This document shows, piece by piece, positions 1-13,429 of a stretch of DNA of 64,000 nucleotides. The notes under the pieces were generated by a model. It was not told the origin of the DNA. It saw nothing but the letters and a program-made list of their open reading frames with translations, and did not search any database. How positions within the stretch are numbered: the first letter of the stretch is position 1; each line of letters opens with the position of its first letter. Source of the DNA: Octopus vulgaris (lineage: Eukaryota); contig OX597822.1 of NCBI GenBank assembly GCA_951406725.2, positions 45,012,001 through 45,076,000 on the forward strand, in the 5' to 3' direction. The position numbers and the translations under genes were made by a program.

Positions 1-524
1 ACACACTCACATACAAGCAGTTCCTCATACGCAGATACAGGCGCAGGCATATAAGCATATATGCATATACAGGTATAAATATACATCCACATAATTATAG
101 ATGTATGCATATATATTTGCACATATATATAACAACTCATACACACATGTATGTAGGTATGTAGGCACCTGAAAGAGCGTTAGATTAAAGTTGCGATTTC
201 TACAAAATATACAATGTATATACAAAACTAGTGTGATGCCAGTTGCGTTATTTTGTCTCCGACAGACTTTTAATAAAAGACTGAGTATTAAAAACTCACA
301 AATCACTCAGAATGACAATAAGGGATCGTTAGATACCGAGAGGTTTTAACATATTTTGGTCTCTTCAGTGATGAAATACTACAGCATAATGTGAGCTAAA
401 TTGAAATCTTTTTTTTTCTCCCTACATAAAAATCAGCAGACAAAACAATCACAGTGTTAAGGCTTTAAGTTAATATACGCTCTTGAAACAAACAACATCT
501 TACTAAATTAAAAATTTGCGTAAT

Positions 525-708
525 ATTGGTTTCAACTTTTGACACAAGGCCAGCAATTTCGTGAAAGGGAGTAAGCCGATTACATCGACCTCAGTGCTCA
601 GATGGTAAAGTCGACCTCGGTGGAATTAGGAAATCAGGATGTAAAGACGGATGAAGTACCGCATAGCATATTGTCCGGTGTGCTAATGATTCTGCCAGCT
701 TGCCGCCT
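525..708 (-). mobile_element. tRNA-derived SINE, family C (decayed)
   Basis: Shares gtcgacctcggyggaatt and gctaa..ttctgccagct.gccgcc with copies at 21290, 22930 and 31570. Confidence 0.7.
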
Positions 709-868
709 TATTGCGATATGTGCAATATTGATGAAGAATACGCAAGCGTAGAACGGCGCCGGATGGAATATTGGATATCAGAGAAATTTCTCTCAAAAGA
801 GTCTGTGAGTTAAAAAAACAGAGAAATCGCTGAAATTGTTGTATGCCTGTATGTGTATACACACTAAC

Positions 869-964
<96 letters not shown>

Positions 965-1061
965 TGTGTGTCTGTGTGTGTGTCTCTCTGTGTGTGTCTC
1001 TGTGTGTGTGCGTGATGTATATTTATGTATATATATGTATACATATGTGTATATATATATA

Positions 1062-1111
<50 letters not shown>

Positions 1112-1261
1112 TATATTATATGATGTATAAAAACATGTAATATACAAATAAATATCTGTAAATATAAAACCATCCGAATTTCTGAGTACCTCATTTCTTC
1201 TAATATAAAATACCTGTATATCATCTCCAAAACTTCTAATATAGCATATATATATATATAT

Positions 1262-1436
1262 ATATATTGCTTATGGCCACTTTAATGTCGCTGCCCCTTA
1301 AGAGACGACAATAATGCTATTTAACCCCAGGAATATATCTCCTCCTGCTGGTTTATTCAGTGCTCTTCTGGTACCCGATATTTATTGCAAGCGGGAGATA
1401 ACCCCTGCAAACATGGTTTCTAACGGACTACTTTCT
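1262..1436 (-). mobile_element. Diverged partial copy of the 357-nt HHR element at 15914-16810
   Basis: Collinear blocks tttaaccccagga, ttcagtgctctt, ttgcaagcgggag, acggacta.ctttc match 16020-16146. It abuts (TA)n and ends within the 3' half of the HHR. Confidence 0.55.
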
Positions 1437-1910
1437 TCTCTGTGCGCGCGCGTCTGTGTGTGTGTGTAAGAAAACTAAGGCTAAACACAAGTGTACATTA
1501 AAGTACGTCAGTGTGTTTCACCATTCTGGTTGTTCGGAGCCTTGCGATACACGGGGTTTCGGGACATGCCGGCAGTGTGTTACTTATCGCCGGCAATGTC
1601 CCGACGGTCGGTTTCTACGAGTGAAAGACAGTGCTCCAGCCTGGTCACAATCAAAATGACTGAAACAAGTAAAAGAATAATAAAATATGATCTATTCATT
1701 TCAATACTACGGGATGGTCACCCAAATCGTTAGAAACCATAAGTGAGAAGCACATTCTTTCTTATTTTCTCTGATATTTTGTTATTTAATGAATCCGTAT
1801 TTTCCTAGAGTGAAAGTTCCATTAATGTATTCCCATTTGGTAACTCTGGTAATTGTAAAGGGCGAATTCTACCGCTACGATCTATTTCCTGTGATTATAT
1901 AATGAAACTG

Positions 1911-2218
1911 TGGAGGTGCAATGGCCCAGTGGTTAGCGCATCGGACTTGCAGTCATAGGATCGCGGTTTCGATTCCCAGATCGAGCGTTGTGAGTGCTTA
2001 TTTAGCGAAAACATCTAAAGCTCCACGTGGCTCTGGCAGGGGTTCCTGGCGATCTCTGCAGTACTCTTTCCCCACAACTTTCTCTCACTCTTTCTTCTGT
2101 TGGCCTGCTCGCTTAGCCAGCGGGGTGGCATCATTAGAAGGCTAAAACAATGCGAAGCGCATTGTGACCAGCGATGTGTAGCAACATCTGATAGCCTGGT
2201 TGGTCACGGTGATCACAG
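1911..2218 (+). mobile_element. tRNA-derived SINE, family A
   Basis: Head ggagg(c/t)gcaatggcccagtggttag (A box) ... gtttcgattccc (B box), repeated at 6903, 41424 and 44821. Confidence 0.85.
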
Positions 2219-2813
2219 TTATATAATGAAACTATGAGCCGTTTATAGTAAATGCCACGAAATGTTCTGAAATGTAATGTGATTGTATTGTTATTGTATA
2301 ACTACTTTCCTATGTATATTTATTTATATATTTGTGACAGATGATCTTTTATCGCCCATGTAACTGACATACATTATGAAACAGCTGTCATCTACTGGAA
2401 TAAACATCTATTCTCTCGCTTCACTTCTATTACCTGGTCAATTTTTAGGCGTAATCTCCACCTTTGTGATTACATTTCGAACATATCTACGGTCTTTATC
2501 GATAGCCACGCATCAGAGAGGGTGCTTACTCTGAGCTCAAATTGATTCCTTGACTCCCTATTCTCACACACGCGCACACTCACATACATATATACATTCG
2601 TATCCACTTTATTTGTATGCTAACAAGGCTACCAATGGTTTCAGATTAACAGGAGTCTCTTTCCAATTTTCACGGTAGCCACATGAAAATTATAATCAGA
2701 TGCCGCGTTACATGAAACACTTGATAGCATTTTCAAACCACAATTAAGGAATATTGGAATATTTATCCACCAATGAGGTGTTGAGTACTCATTCTCACTG
2801 TTCGAGATATATG

Positions 2814-2894
<81 letters not shown>

Positions 2895-3487
2895 CCAATT
2901 TATCATTTCTAGTTTTAAACAATACTCTGTCCATTGAGAGAGATTTCACTACTATTTCTAGCATTTTGGAATAGCCGAGCAGAGGCCCTATCTCGCTACT
3001 ATTCCTTTATATCGTGTGTGCATGTGTAGTCTGGTATTCTTGTATGTGTGTCTGCATATATATGTGTATTATGCGTGTGTGTCAAAATAAATTATGTGCA
3101 GTGTGCTGACAACGAAGCAAATACCATGAAAATATTATTCAATAATGAGTATAACAATAACAACAACAACATCGATAACAGTAACAACGAAAATATTAGA
3201 GAACATCATGCTATGAAACTACCATATTTAATCCCTCAGGCAATTTAATTATAAAGCAGAACTAATAGCATCTTGTTTACAGACCATTAAAACATGTTTA
3301 AATTTACTACCCGAAAAAAAAAAATTAAAGGAGAAAACGAAAGAACAACAAAAACAACTTGTGTTTTCTGTTCTTCATGCTTAATTTATGGTATGAGACC
3401 AGTATGGTGCCTGAAATCTGAAATCCAACGAAAATCTGAAGAGGAAAAAATTCCATGATGCATGTGTATCAGTATGGGTGTGTGTCT

Positions 3488-3529
<42 letters not shown>

Positions 3530-3600
3530 GAAATATTAAAATTATATATATACGTTCGTGCGTGCGTGGGGGTATGGGTGCATAATTATTTATTTGTTTA

Positions 3601-4075
3601 GGCGTGAATGTGTGGTAAGAAGCTTACTTCCTAACCACATGGTTCCGGGTTCAGTCACTCTACATGGCAACTTGGTCAGGTGTTTTGGGTCGACGTAATC
3701 TTTCTAAGTGGATTTGAAAGTTTAAGAAGTCCGATGTACACAAACACAGACACAGACACACACACACACACGCACACACACACACACACGCACACACAAC
3801 CACGCACACACACCCACACCCACACATACACACACACACACACATACACACATATATATATATATATATACTTGTGCGTGTGTGCCTTTGTGTTTGGGTA
3901 TGTCCCCCACATATTGGTTGACAACCGGCGTGGGTATTTTTACGTCCACGTAAATTAAGGGTTTGGCAAAAACAACCTGATAGAATAAGAACCAAACTTT
4001 AAAAAAATGTACAGGAGATGATTCTTCCAGGGGGTGTCCCAGAATGGCTGCTCTCTAATGATTGAAACGAGTAAA
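3601..4075 (+). mobile_element. tRNA-derived SINE, family B, with internal microsatellite
   Basis: gtgtggtaagaagctt...ggttccgggttcagtc head and the family B 3' body. Confidence 0.75.
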
Positions 4076-4328
4076 CGCTAAACGAATTTAATACAGTTCT
4101 ATATTTAACAGATGAGGAATCATGTACATTATTTACATATGACGATATTTGTCATCATCTTTTTTGTTGTTAACACAACGTTTCGGCTTATATACCCTCC
4201 AGCCTTCATCAGTGGTCTCGGGGAAATTTCGAACCCACGGGCATATGGCGTAGTGGTTAAGAGCGCGTGCTACTAACCTCAAAATTTCGAGTTCAATTCC
4301 AAGCAATGTCCTGAATAATAACAATAAT

Positions 4329-4420
<92 letters not shown>

Positions 4421-4560
4421 CAACAACAACAACTACAACAACACCATCACCAACAACAACAACAACAACATCGAAAAATATAGGCTGGACGAAACCTTGT
4501 GTTAGCAACAAACAAGATGAGGACAAATATCCGTCGAATGTAAATAATGTAAATAATGTG
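4072..4560. mobile_element. Head-to-head pair of the tRNA-headed HHR element (family H)
   Basis: Left arm on - with HHR, tRNA-like head at 4239-4305, (AAT)n, then a + arm (aacaaacaagatgaggacaaatatcc) complementary to the left arm. Confidence 0.7.
4172..4217 (-). ncRNA. Minimal type I hammerhead ribozyme motif
   Basis: - strand: gacca CUGAUGA aggcug gaggguauau aagcc GAAA C GUU guguu. Palindromic helix III (AACGUU), helix I imperfect in this copy. Confidence 0.6.
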
Positions 4561-5194
4561 CTAAACGAGTTTGTTTATTAAAAACATAATCCTTTTATTT
4601 TTCATTCCATTAGTATTTTACAAATATGCAGAGCCAATTTCATTCGCTAAAGTTTTGCGATATTATTGGGGATTACTATAGCCTTTTATAAGGCCCACGC
4701 CATGGATCTGTGGCTTCAAATGATGGTTTTATTTTATTTAGAGAATCAACAATGTGATCAGAATTTAATTATATCCAACATATGCCACTCACCAGTCGAA
4801 ACACATACACACACATACTTATACGAGTACATGCATGCATACATACATACATACATACATACATACATACATACATACATACATGCATACATACATACAT
4901 ACATACATTCGTACGTACGCGCTGGGATGCATATAATGCGTCTACATGTATATATACATAAATTTACATACATACATACATGTATGCATGCTTACATACA
5001 TACATATACATCCAAAGAGGCACGTACGAATACGCTTACATACATACATATACATCGAAATACGCACGTACGAATGTATATACATATATACATACGTACG
5101 TCCGTATTTGGATGCATATAATGCGTCTACATGTATGTATGTATGTATGTATGTATTTATCTATCTATCTATACATATATATATATATATATAA

Positions 5195-5227
<33 letters not shown>

Positions 5228-5534
5228 CATACATGCATGCATACATACTTATATGTATATATGCATACATACTTATATACATGCATCCATACGTATGTGC
5301 TTGAATGCATATAATGCATTTACAGGTGTGTATGTATATATATATATATATATATAAAAATTTACATACATATATACATACATGCATGCATGCAAGCATA
5401 CATACATAATTATACACACGTTATACAGACACGTACCTACACACACGCACAGACACACACACACACATACATTCGATCATTACATCATTAAACGTATGCA
5501 GACAAGTATTTACATGCTTGTATGCATATAATGT

Positions 5535-5800
5535 GAAGGTGCATGCCGCAGTGGTTACTGCTTTGGTCTCACAATTTTAGGATTGCGAGTTCGATTCCTG
5601 ATTCTGGCTCTGTGTTGTGTTCTTGAGCAAGACACTTTATTTCACGTTGCTCCAATTCACTCAGCTGTAGAAATGAAGAGTGACGTGCCAAGCGGTATCG
5701 GCCCCTTTGCCTTGGATAATATCAGTGGTGTGGAGAGGGGAGGCTGGTATGCATGGGTGACTGCTGGTCTTCCATAAACAACTTTGCCCAGACTTCAGCC
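5535..5800 (+). mobile_element. tRNA-derived SINE (family A-related head)
   Basis: gcagtggtta...gagttcgattcc, followed by gttcttgagcaagacactttatttcacgttgctcc. Confidence 0.6.
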
Positions 5801-6351
5801 TTTCTAGGTTTCTGTGTACCAAATCCGCTCACAAGGCTTTGGTCCCTCCAAGGCTATAGTAGAAGGCACTTGCCCAAGGTGCCACGCAGTGGGACTGAAC
5901 CCGGACTCATTTGGGTCCTTAAATTGTGAAGCACTAAGGTCGGATCAGAGCATGTTTTCTAAAATATTTTTATATTTTCATATTTTCAGTTTTTATATAC
6001 CTATAATATTAATACCGATATTAATATGATATTATATTATATGTGAAGTATTCATAGTCTGCATCTTCCTTATACATTCTATAATTTCTGATATTCTTTT
6101 AGACACTTATATATTCGTATCACATTCTTAATCCTCTTATCATCGTTTATAATTTAGTTGATGCATAAATCTCTGATTGTTGTTTGTCTTCATCTTTATA
6201 GTCTATGACCTGCATTAGGTTGTTATATTTTTTCATAATTATAATTTGGCTTACGTTTTTATACTTTTTTTTTCTTATGCTTAATTGATTTTATTTTTAT
6301 TCTTTACTTTTATATTTATTATTAAGTCTTATATTATAGGTCACATCGTTT

Positions 6352-6733
6352 TATTACCTCCGCCTTCGTTACCTCCGTCTTAGCGAAGGCGGAAGTACTA
6401 TTTCAGTCGTGTTTGTTGTTTTGTCTGTGGACAAGATATCTTGAGAACTGCTGCATGGATTCAGATGAAACTTTCAGAGATGTTTGGCCTCCTGACTGGC
6501 ACAAACTGATTAGATTTTGGGATTGATCAGATACCGGACAAGGATTCTGGATTATATTTCCGTTTTTTTTTCTTAATTTTTCAAAGCGATCGGGTTCACT
6601 TTTAGTATTCTCATTTGTGAGAGCAATTGAGTTTATTTCAGATATTCTCATTTTAAAATTAATCTCTGGCTAATCGTTGAGAGGACGTTGGTGTTGCCTT
6701 GGCGGAGGTTTGCGCTCTTTGAATGCTCTTGTT
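6352..6733 (+). mobile_element. Non-autonomous Helentron-type (HINE-like) element
   Basis: Subterminal inverted repeat acctccgcc (6356) / ggcggaggt (6701), short 3' hairpin gcgctc-ttt-gaatgc, inserted in a T-rich site. Confidence 0.6.
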
Positions 6734-6902
6734 TTTTTTTTTTATTTTATAATTATAATTTGGTTTACGTTTTTATGTTTTCCATTTGTTTTACGTCATT
6801 TCTAATTTTTTTTTTATTTTTTACTCTTTTATATTTATTATTATGTCTCTTATTGTAGATCGAATCACATTCGTTTTAGTTGCTTTGCATTAAATTTGTC
6901 GT

Positions 6903-7210
6903 GGAGGCGCAATGGCCCAGTGGTTAGGACAACGGACTCGCGGTCGTAGGATCGTGGTTTCGATTCCCAGACCGGACATTGTGAGTGTTTATTGAGCGAA
7001 AACACCTAAAGCTCCACGAGGCTCCGGCAGCGGGTGGTGGTGAACCCTGCTGTACTCTTTCACCACAACTTTCTCTCACTCTTACTTCCTGTTTTTGTTG
7101 TATCTGCATTTCAAAGGGCCAGTCTTGTCACACTCTGTGTCACGCTGAATCTCCCCGAGAACTATGTTAAGGGTACACGTGCCTGTGGATTGCTCAGCCA
7201 CTTGCACGTT
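6903..7210 (+). mobile_element. tRNA-derived SINE, family A
   Basis: Highly similar to 44821-45176. Confidence 0.85.
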
Positions 7211-7277
7211 AATAAATGAGCTGCGACGTCATTGGTGCCAAGCTGTATCGACCTACATACATAATATACATATACAA

Positions 7278-7355
<78 letters not shown>

Positions 7356-7362
7356 ATGTATA

Positions 7363-7869
7363 CGAGCAAAACACCCCCCGTCCAATGGAAGTATATCTGC
7401 TGAAAATAAGGCAATCAGTGTTTTCTTTTCATTAAAACATAATTAAGCATGCCTTTATTTCAATAAAATTTTTGGTTATGTTAAACGAAGTTAAGACCAA
7501 AATAACTTCTTGAGAAACCAAATAGTATTTCCTTCCTTCATGCCAAGTTTGACGAAAATATCTCTTTTTCATCTTACATTTTTGGTCTCTTAAATATACT
7601 GCATTTTGTGGCATTATTTCAAGACAGCCGGCTTTCTTTGCGCAAACTGCCTCGTGCATTTTTCTCGCGTACACGTAATATCGATTGCAACAGCTGATGT
7701 ACGTGTGCGTACAAATGCACGTTTCCACGGCTTTATCGATCGCATTCTCACCTGGAATCGATTTTTGTAATTTTTTTTCAAGACTTATACACGCTCTGAT
7801 ACCATCGGTATCTACATATCAAATTTGACATATCAAATTTGACCATATCAAATTTGGATGGAGATGCCC
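7363..7869 (-). mobile_element. Non-autonomous DNA transposon-like element (second copy at 49684-50183)
   Basis: Both termini (cgagcaaaac..ccgtcca.tgga and tggatgga.gatgccc) and about 100 bp of subterminal sequence match 49684-50183 in opposite orientation. TA-flanked. Confidence 0.65.
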
Positions 7870-7880
7870 TATATATATAT

Positions 7881-8044
7881 AGGCGCAGGAGTGGCTGTGT
7901 GGTAAGTAGCTTGCTAACCAACCACATGGTTCCGGGTTCAGTCCCACTGCGTGGCATCTTGGGCAATTGTCTTCTGCTATAGCCCCGGGCCGACCAATGC
8001 CTTGTGAGTGGATTTGGTATACGGAAACTGAAAGAAGCCTGTCG

Positions 8045-8086
<42 letters not shown>

Positions 8087-8335
8087 TATATGTATGTGTG
8101 TGTGTGCGTGTTTGTGTGTCTGTGTTTGTCCCCCTAGCATTGCTTGACAACCGATGCTGGTGTGTTTACGTCCCCGTCACCTAGCGGTTCGGCAAAAGAT
8201 ACCGATAGAATAAGTACTGTGCTTACAAAGAATATGTCCCGGGGTCGATTTGCTCGACTAAAGGCGGTGATCCAGCATGGCCGCAGTCAAATGACTGAAA
8301 CAAGTAAAAGAGTAAAAGAGTAAAGAGTAAAGAGA
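7881..8335 (+). mobile_element. tRNA-derived SINE, family B, full length
   Basis: ggcgcaggagtggctgtgtggtaag head, internal (TA)n/(TG)n, (gtaaaaga)n tail. Confidence 0.9.
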
Positions 8336-8432
8336 TATACACACACTCGTATAATTGTTAGTCTGAACAAAATATAATTGTTAGTCATAATGCGGTGTAC
8401 AATAAAATAAATACAATTGTGAAAAATTTGAA

Positions 8433-8617
8433 ACACGGCGGCAACCTGTAATTATGCCAAACTACTAGTTTCCCGGTAAACATTCAAACTGATTAGAAAA
8501 ATTTTATATCCAATTAATGACCACCACTGAGGATCGGACAAAACATTTTCCCCGTCCAACTCAAATATTTACCATCGTGAAAATAGCGGCTTGGCATAAT
8601 TACAGGTTACTACCGTG
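8433..8617. repeat. Foldback / MITE-like element with about 35-bp imperfect inverted arms
   Basis: acacggcggcaacctgtaattatgccaa ... ttggcataattacaggttactaccgtgt. Confidence 0.7.
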
Positions 8618-8919
8618 TAATCTAATTCCAAAGTGTGTAGATAAATACATATATACATATACATAAACATACTTACACAAACACACACACACACACACAT
8701 ATGCATATATATTTGCGCGCCCACGCACTCACTACGCACTGCCATTCATGATTTATAAAGGTTTCTTTGTATCGTTTTTAAAGAAAATTCTTTTGAGAAA
8801 AGTCCGAGATGATATCTCCATTATGAAAGCCCAGAAAGATCTAAAATTGGTAAAATTAGTGGAGTGACAGACTGAGAAACATGAATTTTTTTTTATTATC
8901 ATATTTTTATTGTAGTCTT

Positions 8920-9232
8920 TTATTTTTTTATTTGTTTCAGTTATTTGACTGCGGTCATGCTGGAACACAGCCTTTATTCGAACAAATCGATCCGCAGGAT
9001 TTATGCTTTGTAAACATACCAGCATCGATTGTCAAGCGATGGTGGGCGGACAAAAACACACAGACATACACACCCATATATGTACGTGTATGTATATGTG
9101 TTTGTGAGTGCGTGTGTGTGTGCGTGTGTCTGTGCCAGGTAATTCTGAGTAAGTGTTATGGACAGACAATAATTAAGCTCCAGGTTCCGTGATTATGCAA
9201 ATGAGGAGTCCGACGTAGGTCATATATCAGCA

Positions 9233-9273
<41 letters not shown>

Positions 9274-9436
9274 GATGGGCTTCTTTTCAGTTCCCGTCTA
9301 CCAAATCCATTCACAAGGCTTTGGTCGGCTCGAGGCTATAATAGAAGACACATGCCCAAGGTGCCACGCAGTGGGACTGGACCCGGGATTATGTGGCTCG
9401 TAAGCAAGCTTCTTACCACAGTCACCCCTGCGCCTA
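8920..9436 (-). mobile_element. SINE family B
   Basis: Reverse complement of the 7881 copy. Confidence 0.8.
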
Positions 9437-9619
9437 TCGTATTTATTCTTTTTTGTTGTTTTTTTTTTCTCATATAAAGGTGTGGTAGCTCTTGAAATTT
9501 ACACGCAGTCTTCAGAGGTGGAGAAGATAAAATGTCAGTCAAGAACTGGGATCGCTTCATTTGGCCGGGCAGATATCTGGAAGTCTTTCGAGTTAAAGAA
9601 CGGAGTACTGATTGTTAAG

Positions 9620-9930
9620 TTTCTATTCACCAATCGTTAACCCGATGCTACTGATGCCCTCGTTGATGGATAGAGCTACATTCTATACATACACTTGCAG
9701 ACACTGAAGATACCTTACAACAAATTCCTGAAGCAAAATATGAAGCTCAAACACTGGCAGACGAAATGGATGGCCTTCAAACTGTTCTGGTGGTTAAGAT
9801 CTAGAATTTAGTTCTTGTACAGTTTAACTTCTCTTCAAGAAGTTGACTAAAGGGATAGACCTAGTACATACTTTAGGGAAATCTCTGGGATCAATTCGAG
9901 ATAGAAATGAAGAGTTAGAACTGGATTCCA
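9620..9930 (+). pseudogene. Decayed hAT-superfamily transposase fragment
   Basis: Manual translation EAKYEAQTLADEMDGLQTVLVVKI*NLVLVQFN resembles the hAT EA..L...M.......W..IL..FN segment. Confidence 0.45.
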
Positions 9931-10817
9931 AAAATATACGTGGGAACGCAAACACTAAAACAACAAAGGAGAGCCATGATAGAACAAACATGGCAGAAGC
10001 CAATATCAGTTTCTGAAGAGAGAATATCAGATTCTCTAGAATATCAGAATCTAGACTTCCAATATTGTTTTAGATCACTTTCCTGTTACCTGAAACGTCG
10101 CAGGATCTCTTAGCAACGAGTACCTGACATATCGCAGTCAACTGTTGTTGTTTACCTAAGTCAGAGGCAAGAACTGCAGCTGGAAAGCTTATCACGTCTC
10201 TCCCCAGCGGTTTTAGTAGTGTATCTAATGAGGAGATTGTCAAATGACAGCTTTTTACGTCATTCTATCGATGAACGGCCATTTTGGATAGTAATTCTGA
10301 TGTATTGTTCTCAGTAATAATCCTTATATTTATTTCCTGTTTCAACATTATTTTCATTTTTCTTTTGTTTGTTTTTGTCTTTTTATTCACCTATTTACAA
10401 TCAGTTATAGTAATAACCAGCTGCTGCAATAAAAAAAGTGATATTCAACACAGATTGCTGACGAGTAGTGGTTGTAGACAAACGGAAAGTTAAAGATCAA
10501 CTGAACTGTAAGCTAAAGGTCACGGAAAGTCACCTGCAAAAATGACAGGTAATAAATTACTGATGAAAAGATCAGAGTAAAAGGTCCTTTTGCTAAAGTA
10601 GAAACGGAATGGTAAACAACAACATCAGCAACAAGCTTAAGTTCCATCTGAAACAAAGTCAACAACAACAACAAATTTTTATACATCGAAAAGTAAAATA
10701 ACGACAAAATAATTTGAGATATTTAAGATATCGAAAATACATTAAACAACAGTGTGTATAAATACATACGAAAAAATATATATATTTGCAAAAATATATT
10801 CGAAAGTCTATCTTTCG

Positions 10818-11130
10818 AGGGTGCGTAGCTTAGTGACGATTGCATTCGGCTCACAATCGTAATGTCAAGTTCGATTCCTGGCGGCGCGATTGGTCCTTCG
10901 CAAGAACCTCTTGTTGCTCCAGTCCACTCAGCGGGCTAAGATGAATAATATTTATATTTCAAAAAGAGCCACCCTTGTCAAATTCGGTGTCACGCTGAAT
11001 CTCCCTGAAAACTACATCATGGTTACGCGTGTTTGTTAAGTACTCAGCCACTTGCAGGTTTATTTCACGAGCATATTGTTCAGTTGATGGAATCAACTGG
11101 AACACGCATCGCCGTAACCGACGGAGTATC
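10818..11130 (+). mobile_element. SINE family A-related (decayed)
   Basis: gttcgattcc B box and the gtgtcacgctgaatctccc...cagccacttgca body. Confidence 0.7.
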
Positions 11131-11449
11131 CAACCGTCTTTCGGCTTAGTTACGTGAAAGAGTGCTGGTGGAAATCTGTGCCTCAATTAGAAAATTATGA
11201 GAGCACTGAAAAGAATAAGATACGTCGTAATTTTTTATAAGAGATGATACACGTAAAAACAAATGCAGATGGACAACTCATTTCGAAATGTAAGCAAAAA
11301 TTATATTTTAACATTTTTAAGTGATAAATTTATGAATGTAAGTGTACGTTTGTCCAAACAGTATATAAAAGTCAACAGATCACTATATACATATGTTATA
11401 TATATGCACACAGAGAAATACATATATTAGTATGGATAGAGAGAGAGTA

Positions 11450-11477
11450 AGACAGACAGACAGACAGACAGGCAGGC

Positions 11478-11516
<39 letters not shown>

Positions 11517-11521
11517 TAGAT

Positions 11522-11610
<89 letters not shown>

Positions 11611-11612
11611 CA
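11450..11612. repeat. (AGAC)n-(AGAT)n microsatellite
   Basis: Direct reading. Confidence 0.95.
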
Positions 11613-12284
11613 GAGAGTTCGGGCAGATTTATGTAAAGACTACATTTGGATGTGAGAAGATCTTACCGTTACGGAAAAAATCCCGGTAGGACATTCTCTT
11701 ACCAGACACTTCGTTCGAAGCAGCGTTGAATAATATACATCTACATACATATATGTATTTGAGAAATACGCAATTCGATTCCCTGTAGCGGCTTGTATAA
11801 GTGTATTTTCCCCGATCCTCTAAGCTGTTTTTCACAGCTCTTCTACGTTCGAGATTGCCTTCGTTTCTAAAATACCAACTCACTCGACGCTTCATTGTTT
11901 GTTTCTAAAAATGTCGGCTGAGAGCTGGCAGAATCGATAGCACCAACACTCTTTCACATAATTAAGCCGAAAGATGTTTGGGTACTCCGTCGGTTACGAT
12001 GATGTGTGTTCCAGTTGATTCCATTAACTGAACAACATGCTCGTGAAATAAACCTGCAAGTGACTGTGTACTTCACAAACACACTGGGCAAAATGTTTCA
12101 TGGCATTTCGCCCGTCTTTACATTCTGAGTCCAAATTCCGCCCAGGTCGACTGGAGGGGTATGGAGTTCGATTTTCTGTAGCAGCTTGCTGGCCATTTAC
12201 TTTTCTCCCTCTATAAGGGCATTTTATCTGACCCTTTAAGCTTCTATATATCTCAAGGCACACGGCCTAGTTATTAGGCTTACT

Positions 12285-12693
12285 CTTTACTCTTTTACTT
12301 GTTTCAGTCATTTGACTGCGGCCATGCTGGAGCACCGCCTTTAGTCGAGCAAATCGACCCCCAGGACTTATTCTTTGTAAGCCTAGTACTTATTCTATCG
12401 GTCTCTTTTGCCGAACCGCTAAGTTACGGGGACGTAAACACATCAACATCGGTTGTCAAGCTATGTTGGGGGGGGGACAAACACAGACACACAAACATAT
12501 ACACATACATACACATATATATACATATATACGACGGGCTTCTTTCAGTGTCCATCTAGCAAATCCACTCACAAGGCTTTGGTCTACCCGAGGCTATAGT
12601 AGAAGACACTTGCCCAAGATGCCACGCAATGGGACTGAACCCAGAAGCATGTTGTTGGTAAGCAAGCTACTTACCACACAGCCACTCTTGCGC
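12285..12693 (-). mobile_element. SINE family B
   Basis: Reverse complement of the 7881 copy including the tail. Confidence 0.85.
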
Positions 12694-13381
12694 TTAAAGC
12701 TTGTTGAGATCGTAGTTTTAATCCTCAGACCAGATGCAGGTCGTGTTCTTGACCAAACTACATCATTTCACATTGCTCTAGTGTATAACCCTGCGATACA
12801 CGACCCTTTCGATCAGAGGAGATGTTGGTCTGCTTGCCTAGCCAGCGCGGTGTCATCAATCGAAAGCAAAAACGATACGAAGCGCTTTGTGACCAGCGAT
12901 GCATAACAACATCCGACAGACTGATCAATAACGTGATATGTATAAGTATGCTTACTAATATAATGTATAATTAGTAAGTTTCAGTTTAATTATTTAAAGC
13001 AAATTGAATATTATATCATGTTTATTTTGTTCTTTCTTGTGGACTAATGTCGATATCAAACGATTTATAATAAATGGCTTATTTTCTACATTATTACCTC
13101 AATTAATTAACTAAACGGCGATGTTGTGAAATGATTACAAAACAAACTATAATTACCTACTTTTAAGCATTTACTTATTGTTTCTAGTCATTCAAGTGAG
13201 TCAAGTTTTTTTTTATTTATTTTGCACCGAAGCGCAGGCGTGGTTGTGTGGTAAAAATAGCTTGTTTCCCATCCACATGGTTCAGCGTTCATCTCACTGC
13301 GTGGCACCTTAGGCAAGTGCCGACCAACGCCTTATGAGTGGATTTGGTACACGGTAACTGAAAGGAACCAGTTGTGTGTGC

Positions 13382-13421
<40 letters not shown>

Positions 13422-13429
<8 letters not shown>

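Noticed and set aside
322-375. - strand CUGAAGA gac...guu AAAA cc ucuc gg UA
   Set aside because: GAAA is mutated and no helix I is present. Too decayed to call.
4239-4305. Functional tRNA gene
   Set aside because: It has A and B boxes but no complete acceptor stem, and it recurs as a repeat head. The same applies to the SINE heads.
8525-8560. CTGAGGA inside the 8433-8617 foldback
   Set aside because: No GAAA after the following stem and no helix I.
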